Source: Macrostomum lignano (lineage: Eukaryota). From it: a DNA stretch of 51,163 nt. Below, piece by piece: positions 1 through 11,500 of this stretch. The translations under genes and the position numbers were made by a program. Each line of letters opens with the position of its first letter. The stretch's first letter is position 1. The stretch is taken from assembly GCA_002269645.1 (NCBI GenBank), contig NIVC01001932.1, positions 1 through 51,163 on the forward strand, read 5' to 3'. The notes below the pieces were generated by a model. The model saw only the letters and a list, made by a program, of their open reading frames with translations. It did not search any database and was not told the DNA's origin.

Positions 1-311
1 ACTTTTAGCAGGTCCCATCCTGAACTTTAGCAGGTCCCATCCTGAACTGTTAGCAGGTCCATCCTGAACTGTTAGCAGGTCCCAATCCTGAACTTTTAGC
101 AGGTCCCATCCTGAACTTTAGCAGGTCCCATCCTGAACTGTTAGCAGGTCCCATCCTGAACTGTTAGCAGTCCCATCCTGAAATGTTAGCAGGTCCCATC
201 CTGAACTTTTAGCAGGTCCCATCCTGAACTGTTAGCAGGTCCCATCCTGAACTGTTAGCAGGTCCCATCCTGAACTGTTAGCAGGTCCCATCCTGAACTT
301 TTAGCAGGTCC
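1..311. repeat. 23-bp minisatellite in a Contactin intron
   Basis: About 13 copies of (g/t)ttagcaggtcccatcctgaact. Confidence 0.95.
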
Positions 312-334
312 TTTCCCTCATACTCATAGCTCAC

Positions 335-3300
335 CCTCATAATCGTATTGTATGTTGGAGATACGCAGGGTGCCGAAGTCTTTCTTGTGGCCTGTAGAAC
401 TGGGTCAGCTCGTAGCGTCTGGCATCGAAATCGTAGCGGCCAAACAGGATCTCCATGTTCTCGAACTTCCACATGTAGTTCACGTCCAGATTGGCGGCCG
501 TGGCCTTCAGCTGGCAGGGCAGGTCAACGGTGCGCCAACCAGAACCAGGCGATTCTCTGGCGCAAAATCGAATGTGAGCTGCTCGCAACCGCCAGACTGA
601 CCGAATTGTTGGCTGACCCGCTCGGGTTGGTGGCCACGCAGGAGTATAGGCCACTGTCCGCCGCCACCAGCTGCTGGATCTGCAGCTTGCCGCTGGGCAG
701 CAGGCAGTACTTGGCCGTTGGCGGGCACTTCCGGTCGGGCTGGGGATTTCGGTGTGAGTGGGATGAGTAAACTTGGGATTCAAGGTGTCTCAGTAAGTAC
801 ATTTGGGATTCCAGGTGTCTCAGTTAGTACATTTGGGATTCCATGTGTCTCAGTTAGTACATTTGGGATTCCAGGTGTCCCAGTTAGTACATTTGGGATT
901 CCAGGTGTCTCAGTTAGTAAATTTGGGATTCCAGGTGTCTCAGTTAGTACATTAGGGATTCCAGGTGTCTCAGTTAGTACATTTGGGATTCCATGTGTCT
1001 CAGTTAGTAAATTTGGGATTCCAGGTGTCTCAGTTAGTAAATTTGGGATTCCAGGTGTCTCAGTTAGTACATTGGGGATTCCAGGTGTCTCAGTTAGTAC
1101 ATCTGGGATTCCAGGTGTCTCAGTTAGTACATTTGGGATTCCATGTGTCCCAGCTAGTACATTTGGGATTCCAGGTGTCTCAGGTGGTACATTTCGGACT
1201 CCAGTTCAGAGAACTTACGCAGCAGCATAAGTCTCACCTGATCCATAACTTTGATGACGGCAAGATCGGAGCCCTTGAACCGCCAAGTCCGGGTGGGCTC
1301 GGGGGCGCCTTCGACATCGCAGGGCAGGTAGACGGACTTTCCCACCAGCCCGGACTCCTGGCTGGTGGGATTCTTGTAAAATGACGGGGCGAAGTTGAGC
1401 ACACGCAGCTCAGCGAAGCCGTAGATGGTCTCGTAGCTGTTGGTGACCCGGCAGCCGTAGGCGGCGGAGTCGGACGGCTTCACATTTTTAATCTCCAAGT
1501 AGGGCTGGGAACCGGACACGTCCCAGGTAAACCGGGCCCTGTCTAGATCTGTGATGTTGTCCAGCAGCTCAGTCTTGATGTTGTTGCCGCGGAACCAGGC
1601 GTACGTGAGCGGCGGGGTGCCGCTGGCCTTGCAGTCGAATCGCTGCGTGGTGCCCTCGTCAACTATGAGGTCGTAGGGCCGGCGGACGAAGTACGGGCCG
1701 GAGTTGATGGTGAGCTGAAGCCTCCGGTAGCCGCTGGTCCGCCTGTTGCCGTCCTCGATCTCGCATTCGTAGGCGCCGCTGTCCTCCATCTGGGCATTCG
1801 GGATCACCAGCACTCGCTTGAAGATGTCGCCCCATCGGCTCTTGCTGGGGATCTCGAGGCCCACTCGGCGCCACCTGGGATTTGGGAGTTTTGATACTCT
1901 GGAATCGTTTGTCCTGCGTCTCAGCTCCGCTGGAGGTCCCTAAATCTCACCTATGATGGAGCTGTCCCTAAATATCACCTTGTGATGAAGCTGTCCCTAA
2001 ATCTCACCTTGTGATGAAGCTGTCCCTAAATCTCACCTATGATGGAGCTGTCCCTAAATCTCACCTATGATGGAGCTGTCCCTAAATCTCACCTTTGATG
2101 AAGCTGTCCCTAAATCTCACCTTGTGATGAAGCTGTCCCTAAATCTCACCTATGATGGAGCTGTCCCTAAATCTTACCTATGATGGAGCTGTCCCTAAAT
2201 CTCACCTTGTGATGAAGCTGTCCCTAAAGCTCACCTTTGATGAAGCTGTCCCTAAATCTCACCTTTGATGAAGCTGTCCCTAAATCTCACCTTTGATGAA
2301 GCTGTCCCTAAATCTCACCTTTGATGAAGCTGTCCCTAAATCTCACCTTTGATGAAGCTGTCCCTAAATCTCACCTTTGATGAAGCTGTCCCTAAATCTC
2401 ACCTTGTGATGAAGCTGTCCCTAAATCTCACCTTGTGATGAAGCTATCCCTAAATCTCACCTTGTGATGAAGCTGTCCCTAAATCTCACCTTGTGATGAA
2501 GCTATCCCTAAATCTCACCTTGTGATGAAGCTGTCCCTAAATCTTACCTGTGATGGAGCTGTCCGTAAATCTCACCTATGATGAAGCTGTCCCTAAATCT
2601 CACCTTTGATGAAGCTGTCCCAAAATCTCACCTGTGATGGAGCTGTCCCTAAATCTCACCACACTTTGGCAAGCGAAAGCGAGTCTCACCTGTAGATGAG
2701 AGGCTGGTTGTAGCGGGTGATGGGCCCGTAGCCGATGCACTCCAGCTGCACGTCCTCGCCGCGCAGGGGACTCTTCGGCACATTGGACGGGAAGCCGTCC
2801 GCCACCATGACGCTGATCTCGTCGCCGCCGCCAGTGTTGACCTTCAGGTAGATGTTCGGCCCCTTCTCCTGGGTGGACACACCAACGGTAACGCCCACCT
2901 GGCAGTAGTAGAACCCCATGTCCGTGGTGGTGACCTCACTAAAGTACAACCGGCCCGTGGACTGCGACACGAACAGGTTGGACCGGAAATCCGGCCGGAC
3001 CTCCCGGATATCCGAGGAAGTCTCCGGTGCAATGTTGCTGTAGAAGAACTGAAAGTTGAACAAGTCCCTGGGGTTGCTGTTGTCGGACAGTTTGCACTCG
3101 ATGTTAGCGAACTGGAAGGCGTTCCTCTCGATTGTCTCCTGCGACGATTTCGGGAATGTTGGCAAGATGCCAAATTTCAGAGCGGCGTGCCGGCTCATCA
3201 CGGCGCCCAGGTCGTTCACGGCTTCGCAGGCGTAGTTTCCTGGAAAGGGTGGAGTGATCGAAGCTGGCTCAGTAACTCTGCAGCTGTTGCTTTGCTAAAA

Positions 3301-5886
3301 CAGGCTTTTCAACTAATGACGTCACCCTACGCGACTAAATCTAGCATAAACAGACTTTGACTAATGATGTCATACTGTTAAAGCATCGTAAATTGCAAGC
3401 CTGTTAGGACATTAAGGGCCAAGGCATGGCACTACTATGACGTCACGATTCCACAGCCTACTATGACGTCACGAGTCCCTTGACTACTATGACGTCACGA
3501 GTCCCTAGCCTTACTATGACGTCACGAGTCCCCAGCCTACTGACAGACATCCCAGAAAATGGAACCAAGAGGAACGCAGCAGCAGGATCCGTACCGGAAT
3601 CCCTAGACGACTCGACCTGATTGATGGTGAGCTTGCCGTTGGTGACGCTGTACTGGGTCTGGGTCAGCGGGTCAATCTTAGTCTTCTGCATGTTGGTGCC
3701 GAACCGATACCAGGTGTAGGTGGGCTGCGGGTTGCCGTAGGCCAGGCACTGGAACACGGCCGTAGGCGGCGTGGCCGAGCTGCCGGCCCGGGTGTTCTCA
3801 AAGTAAACTTCGTTGGCCGGCTCGGACTGGATGCAAGGGCTGCGCCGGACATTGTTGATGCCGACCACGCCGTAGTCGAAGCCGCGCTGGCTGCCAATGG
3901 CGGCCGAGAGGGCGGTCGCGTCGGCCTGGCAGATGAAGGGCCGCGGAATCGTGCCGTTGCGAAGGAAGAAGCCCCAGCTGCGGATGGTCGGAGTGCATCG
4001 ATTGAAGTGTGGGTGCTGCGTCTTGTGAACTAATAACTATTTGAAAACGAATATTATTACTACAAGTAGAGTATCGATGGTGCTATTATTGGTGCTATTA
4101 AACGTATTTTCCCGATTTTTCTACTATTAGTAGAGTATTTTAGTATATAGGATTTAATAGAAAAATTATTTATTATTTAATTTCTTACATGCAATATTCT
4201 TTAATACTACTGTAGGTAAAGTATTATGAAAGCGATAAGTATATTTATTGTATTCGTTAATTTTAGGCAGTTTTTTTCAGTACCTGTATTTGGGAGCGGC
4301 CTAGCATAAAAACTAGAAACACAAGTGTACAGGAGCGGCTTATTGCTTGATAAGTTTTCTACCAATACAAGTCTGGACTTCTCTCTACTCACCACAAGGC
4401 GTCAATAGGCATTACAATAGGCTTGCTGTCTGGAGGATGCATGCTGTCTGGGGGATGCTTGCTGTCTGGGCGGATGCTTGCTGTCTGGAGTAGCTTTCTT
4501 TTTGGGGATGCCTGCGGTCTGGGGGATGCTTCCGATTTAGGGGGAATGCCTGTTATCTTTGTGAAGGCTTTATTTTGTTGTGTCCTTTTGTTACTTTTAG
4601 AAGCAAAATATCCATAGCAAGCATCTTTGTCCACGACAATTTTATTCGTATAAGGTGATTTATAAAAGCTAAGAAGGCATTGGTTCTTAAGAAAATGGGC
4701 TTTTCTGCATGAATAACTCTTGCTCTTAGCCTATTGGGCGCCCTGAAGGGGGGCACCAGATCGCCAGTTGTTTCTATTATCAAGCAGTTACCTCAGAGCT
4801 CGTACCCATTTTCTGTGCCTTTGTGGTTTGGCCCTCTCGAGCGTAAATCGTACGACAAGCCGCCCCCCTCGGGTATCTCGTTCACGGCTAAAAAAATTAA
4901 GTCACTCACGTGGCGCCGTTGTTGCCAAGCAGGGCGAAGGTCCGGTCGCCCCAGGATTCCGGCGGCTTGCCGTCGCCCTCTCTGGGGATTTCGTCGATCC
5001 AGAAGTCGTAAATCTCTGTGCGCCAGGCGGCAACGTCGGCCGAGTGGCCGCCCCAGACGAATTTGAACCGGACGGCCGGGTCCAACTGGCCGGAAGTGTA
5101 GAACGGCTCCGTCTTGTCGTAGCTCTGTTCATCCAGCAGCTTGCTGAAGGCGTTGAACTCCACCTTGGAGTCGATGCGCATCAAAAGACCAAAGCGGTCG
5201 CGGCAGTCGTTGTCAGCATCGGCATAAGTCTTGTAGGGGTACATGTTCACGAAGTAGCAGGTGGACTCCAGCTTCACCCAGCCAGATGGGCAGCCTGGCG
5301 AGGGAGAAGCACTTTATAAGTAACATTGAAGGACATGTGTGGGGGCTATTATCTAAGCATTATTGATATGCAGAATCTTTGACAACTTAAAAAATTCACA
5401 AGCTCAAACCTTCACAAGCAGAATTTTTTTTGAAAACTCAGATAGGGTTGAGAAAGTTCTTGGCTTTTTAATTACAGAAAATAAAACAGTAATTATTTAA
5501 GTTCTTTTTGTTACTAAACAATATCAAAAGGTCTGAAAATATGGATAGACCCTTGTAAGATTGGCTCAAGTAAAAAAGGGCTTAGAGATAGTAACAACAC
5601 CATTGTGTGCATCAGATTTGCCTAAAAATAGTTGGTTCCACCAATACTAAGAGACTAGTTAGAAACAACAAACTAGAAAGAAATATTAGATTATTTCTTA
5701 TAAAAAAATAAATACAAGATCAAATGCATTTGAAATAAAAATACAAACTGTACAATGAAATAAAAGTAACTTACCACCCAATGTCTTGTTGACCATAGGT
5801 GGCCCACAATAGTAATCATTCTGTCCACTAATACTAAGTGGCTGACACAAGAATGATACCAATACAAGTAATAATTCCAACATCAT
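335..5886 (-). CDS. Cont: Contactin (C-type lectin + 6 Ig domains; 3' FnIII/GPI part lies outside the window); last visible exon frameshifted
   Basis: Exons on - strand: 5886-5775 (signal peptide MMLELLLVLVSFLCQPLSISG), 5294-4910 (CTLD, GCPSGWVKLESTCYF...), 3977-3595 (WGFFLRNG..PFICQ, then Ig1), 3239-2690, 1874-1238, 739-335. All have GT-AG ends and compatible phases (1,2,1,2,0). Ig motifs include DSGNYACEAVN, DMGFYYCQV, DSGAYECEI, DSAAYGCRV, DSGLYSCVA. An N-terminal CTLD plus 6 Ig domains matches the Drosophila Contactin architecture. Exon 739-335 needs frame changes at about 585, about 532 and somewhere in 381-406. Confidence 0.85.
771..1200. repeat. 30-bp minisatellite in a Contactin intron
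   Basis: About 14 copies of tttgggattccaggtgtctcagttagtaca. Confidence 0.95.
1936..2660. repeat. 28-29-bp minisatellite in a Contactin intron
   Basis: About 25 copies of gctgtccctaaatctcacct(t/tg/a)tgatg(a/g)a. Confidence 0.95.
3431..3541. repeat. About 26-bp tandem repeat containing TGACGTCA
   Basis: 4 copies of actatgacgtcacgagtccc(c/t)agcct-like unit. Confidence 0.85.
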
Positions 5887-7857
5887 GCATGAGTTTTAAA
5901 ATAGTCAAGATTAAATTTTTTATACTTAAATTGCCAAGATAAATAATAAAATTTAAATTTATAAACATAGTCAGACTCTTTGCCTAAAAAAATCTTTCTC
6001 TAGTCTACATCCAGGATGCCAGGAAATTGTATAAAATTTTTGGAAAAAAAACAAATTAATATAATTGATTTTGCTAAGATATAATATTTAATAATAGGAT
6101 GGTCTTACTTCCAAATAAATGCATGTTGCAAATTGCAGTGTGCCAGTAATTAGCTTTTACTTTTCATCAAATAGTGATGGCCTCAATGGCCTCAATTTCA
6201 CACTTAGGATCATGTCATATATGCCGGAAATTTCTAGCGCACATTTAGGACAGCTGGTGCACACTTAGTGCACAAAATTTTTAAAAAGGTCTTCTGGCGT
6301 ACATCTTGGTATTTATATAATTGGCGCACTCTAAATGGTGCACACACATGGTGCACACTGCATGGCGCACATGTATGGCGCACACTAGAAGAGGCTGCAC
6401 CATGGCTACTGCAAAAGACAAAATCAAGCATGAAATTTTGCACAAAGTTTAACAATGATTTCGCAAATATATTGTAATGACAATTGACAACCATTGCTTC
6501 ATTTAAAATATTCTTTAAATTGTGTTTTATTTATCTTTTTTATTCATTAGTTTTGCAATTAAAAACATAAATCTTCAAATCTTCAATTTATAATCTTTAC
6601 TTACTTGCAATTACACATTTTTTTACATAAGGATTAGGATTTAGGACTGGCCCACCTGGTGCACTTGTGCATTTTGCCTGGCATACCTGGCACACACCAA
6701 AAAATTTTTGGGGTGGCTTCTGGCGCACACATAGCTTGATGCCTTGATCCTGACTATGGCCTCAATCATAGCTGCTAATTTAATAATTTTTTATATATAA
6801 AAATCTTTTCATAATCATTTTCAGGCCAAACTCATTAATGTATATTTTAGGCCTTCCTTCAAAACATATAGCTGCAAAGTTGCACCAAAATTAGCAAAAA
6901 AAATAAATATCACTAAGTTCTTAATAAATTTGAGGTATAAGTGCAGAACACGTACACTATTATACAATATACTAATGTCTAATATAGCCATTTTAGTGAA
7001 GTATTTTAGCAGTAGATCATATGTATCTCCATATACTAAAAATAAAAAAATATGGTAACACGACAACCGTCACATGCATGTATTCAGGACGTCAGCTTCT
7101 CCTGAAGTGTTCTATTTAGCATTTAGGCACAGTTTTTCTTTATTAATTTTTACTAACATAAATGGTAAAGAGAAATTTCTAGCACAATATTATTCACATT
7201 TTCCAGTAAAAAATGCTTTTTTTGTAAAATGATTCCTTATATAAATGCACAAACAGTCAAAAACAATAGTGACAATATAGATTTACTAATTAACCTCGTA
7301 TGTTGTGTAAAAATTATTTTTCCTGACTTCCTCTAATATTAAAATTTTAGAATTAAACTAACAATGAAAGTTTAAATAAAGTTTAAAACTTGGGCACAGC
7401 TTATATGAGTCTAATTATCTGATTTAAAAGCATGCTATACTTTCTAGTAAGCAAATGTTTTTCTTTACACTTACCTTTGTTAATATGTGACAGCACCGGA
7501 AAAAAAACTTAGTGCTTCAGAGTTTTCCGTAAATTTAGAGTCTTCGAGCTTGCATGTATAAAAATAATCTCTAGTAGAATAACTTACTTAAAATAATTTC
7601 TAATTTTAGTACACACCGCTGCGATAGCGTAATCAGAAATTCAGTCTACATGATCAAGGACTGTTATGATTAATATCGAGGTCCAAAATGTTATGATTTG
7701 GTCATTAGCTTCCAGGGATCGCTTGGTTGCTTTGCCATTTATGTTTTATTCCCGATGCGCACATGCATTTAACTGTTAAATGGTTTTGCTCGAACTTGAT
7801 GCAAATGCAAGGAATAATGAGTTATGTATATTTATGTATTCAAGGCGCAGTCTGACG

Positions 7858-7891
7858 CAAGGACCACTGTAATATAGCACAGTGGTCCTTG
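7858..7891. mobile_element. 34-bp hairpin mini-MITE with 8-bp target-site duplication
   Basis: 13-bp perfect TIR CAAGGACCACTGT (7858-7870) / ACAGTGGTCCTTG (7879-7891), 8-nt spacer, flanked by direct repeat GTCTGACG (7850-7857 and 7892-7899). Confidence 0.8.
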
Positions 7892-8547
7892 GTCTGACGA
7901 TTGTAAATGATGTGGAATGAGTTAAGCTGTTTTTTACGTAGCTAATTTTGTCTAGTAACTAGTACCCCCACTAGACGGTTTTTCTGATGCGTTGAAAAGA
8001 TAACGGCCGTTTACTCGTTCGTACTTATCTAAAATACTTATTTTGACATCTAATATTTACAATAAATGTCAAACAAAAATAGCTTTAATAATTTACTGAG
8101 AGTACAAGTTTTAGTAGTTCTTTCTAAAAAATATCAAAAAATTGTGCTTGATATATAAAAGTTTGTTTCAACTAAACACGATAAGTTTTTAAACGCTTGG
8201 ATTTTATCGTTTTTCAAAGAAATCACTTAACTTCAGCTCAAATTTGTGTGTAGCTTCATCAGTGCATGAAATTTGCAATTATATTCAATTTATAGTCTTT
8301 GAATTACTTTAATAAATCGCAGTCTTGCACTTGTTTATACAGTCAACATAATTCGTGCTGTAGAATTTAGTCTAGATACCGTATCTGATTACTATTACTA
8401 GGCCCCCCTAATACTAGATAATTTCGTTTACTTACTAGGCCTAGACCTAGCTTAGTGGATTTGTCCAATTCAGTATAATTTTATAGCTACTGCACTACTG
8501 TGATTTGTGAAGGACAAAATAGCTTTTTACAAAAGTTTCTCTGAGTC

Positions 8548-11500
8548 ATGGCAAAGTCATTAGAAAAAATGAGATCCAATCAAAATGGGAGGATGGCTGA
8601 AGATGGTCTTGAGGTAAGTTTGTACTTAAAGAATCAAGTACATTTTTGTTTCTGTAACTTTTAGAGTTTCAGTAAAGTGCTATTAATTATAAAATTTCTA
8701 CTTGGTTTTTACCAATGAAATATAACTTTAGTTTAACTTATATTTGATTGAATCTAGCAAATTACCTACATCTTTCGGAACTCTTATAAGTTCTGAATAA
8801 TAACAGCTATATTATTATATTATAATACTATAAAAGCTTGTATTATAGTTTATAAGTTTGGTATGTTTTAAGGTAAAATTGTTTCTATCATTAAAGCCTA
8901 AAGGTCATTTAAAAATTAATAAGATACAAATTTTATGTTGCTTAATAAATAAGTGCACATATGGATAGGCCCATTACTTTTTGATTGACCAAGAATTAAA
9001 GTAATAATTAACTTTATATTGATAATCTTTTTGCTATACTAATAGGCCTAGCCAACTAGTTGTTTTTTGCTGTTTTACAAATATATATATATATATTTTT
9101 TTTCCTTTTCAAAACCTAATTTTTACTTTAGTTAGGGTGTCCAGTGAGAAAAAAATTAAAATCCTAATTTTTAACCATGCTATATTGTAGCCCTGGATAT
9201 TATGAGTGAAATGATACCAAACTTTAGGAAATTGATTTTTGTTACTGCAATATTTTTTATATTTTTGTACATAATATATTATTCTATATATCTAGATATC
9301 TGGGGATTAGGACAAAAAAGATAAGACAAGCAAGAGTACCATTCTTTGGCTTGGTCATGGTATAGTTTCTATTCACCTTATTATTTTATTGCTTTCATAT
9401 CAAAGTAATATGTGTATACTATAATTATTAAAATTTTTGATTTCCTCCTATAAGTAGTATGCAAATGGTTGACCATTATTCCCATGAAAATAGGTTTTCC
9501 AAAGTACCACTCTGGATGTCTATAGTGTCTAAAAGTCGATGTAGCTCCTGTCAATCTTAATATACTATCTTCATATTGGAGTCATTCAAAAGCTTTTTTG
9601 TAATCCATTTGACAACTGTAATAAATTGATGCTTTACTAAGTAATATGTTACTGAATCATGTACTTTTGTGTTTTAAAAGGCCATGCCCGAATTCAGCAA
9701 TTGACTTCACCCTTACAGTTTATGTGCATCATTTGATTAATTTACTTGTTCACTGTGTCCACTTTTCAGCTTTTCCTGGTAATCCAGTCAATTTATCTGC
9801 TACCAATTCATCTGCAGTCAGTTTGTCTGCAAAATAGCTAAATGCGCATTTCGTCTGCTATGCTGGCCTTCTCATTGTAACTATCAGCTTTCAGAGAGTA
9901 TGACAGTCAATTCGTCTGCTCCCATTTTCATCCCCAGTCAGTTTGTCTGCCAGCAGCCCAATTGGCTGAGAACCCTTTTGCTCAGTGTTGTGACCATAGG
10001 ATGCACTAGTTGTGCAGGAAAGTCAATTCATGTATGTTATTCCCAGATGGCTAATCATCATAGCCGGGCAAAGGTTTTTTATTTGAAAACGAGGGGAGGC
10101 TGGTATTACAGCAAGTGGACTTTGGCAACGCAGGATTTAGGACATAGAATACGAGCTGCAATAGAATGCATAGAACGCTCGGGCTTGAACACACACTAAC
10201 ACTCAGCTCAGCCTTTACTCAGCTGCTCCATTTTAGTGCTTTAATATTTTTAATTAGCTTGGCAGAATGTCTTAGTCTGCCTGCAGACACTGAACTACAT
10301 GTAGATGTACTTTGTAACCTGTGGGAGGCAGTAACAAAAGTGAAGGAAAAGGTGCGGGACCTGTAGAGGTTGAAGATATGCAAGGAAGCTGCTGGCAAGC
10401 AGAGTGTCTGGGCCATCTACATGGACAATGCATTTGTCTTTCCTGCAGTGGTCCCAGCTGCAACTGTGCCAGAGTCGACTTGCAGCATGCCAGTTTGCCA
10501 ACCTTTGCTGCTACTGCTGCTGCCTTGTCCCCATAAGAGGAGAGGGGCGCCGATGTAGGCCTTCAAGAAGCTATGCGCGATCTTTGGACGGGAGAGGCGA
10601 CTGTAGAAAGCTACACAATGAGCTTGTCAAGCACTCATAGCAGATACTTTACAGGTGCAGCATGTCTGGCATCTGCAAGTAAAAGATGGATTAGTGAGAA
10701 ATGCATAAAGGATAGTATATCGTAAGTCCTGCTATCCACTTTTGAAAAAAATGGCATGTGTGACATTTGTGGAGCATACAGCCCCTCAATGTACATTTTT
10801 CTATCTCCATAGTGTATTTGTATGTACAGCTGTGCCAACTATGTTTAATAACTTTGGTGCGGCAAAAGTTATCAGGATGTGCCTTTAGGACAAAGAGTTT
10901 GGCCTGTCTTGCTATCATTTTATCAAAGAAACTAACTGGCCCTTCTTTCGAGCTTAAAAAATTTCACGATTTTATGTCTCTTATGGGGACTTGCATGCAT
11001 TTTGGCGATTTCTGCTAAGCATACTGCGGCAAGAGTTACACTCATCCTGTCTTGCTTAAAAGTTTCATTGTGTCACTAGAAGTAAGTAGCAAAAAGAATT
11101 AGGGTGGCCACTCTTTCCATTCAAAAGTTATGGCCATTTTAAATTTTACATGTACATGTACATATTTTTGAACAAAAAATTCACTTAAAATGACCTGCAG
11201 GAAGTTACCTACACCCAATGTTCAAGCATTCTTAGCAGTTATGCACTCATTTACTAAAATATGAACTCTCCCGACCCCATATTTTCAAGCAAATTCAGCA
11301 CAGTTTTGAAAATTTACGAAAATGTACATGATGTTTGACAATCTGTATCTTTGTAGTTGTATGTACTAACCATGTAAACTATGTTGTTTGAAATTTCTTT
11401 TTGTCTACTTTTTATGAATGTAAGAGCGTTGCCATATCTTAAATATTTTAAAAGTTACAGCCATTTAAAGAAGATCACTTTTCACCTTTTTCGTTTTTGC

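Noticed and set aside
4795-4909. Apparent 22-nt GT-AG intron and extra exon after the CTLD exon
   Set aside because: The intron is too short, and direct splicing from 4910 to 3977 already gives a coherent CTLD.
6234-6740. Clustered GGTGCACAC/TGGCGCAC motifs
   Set aside because: Probably a decayed repeat fragment; no ends or family could be defined.
10691-10918. HPDNFC motif reminiscent of RAG1/Chapaev zinc fingers inside the 2.4-kb element
   Set aside because: The expected following Cys and the rest of the domain are missing; too weak to call.
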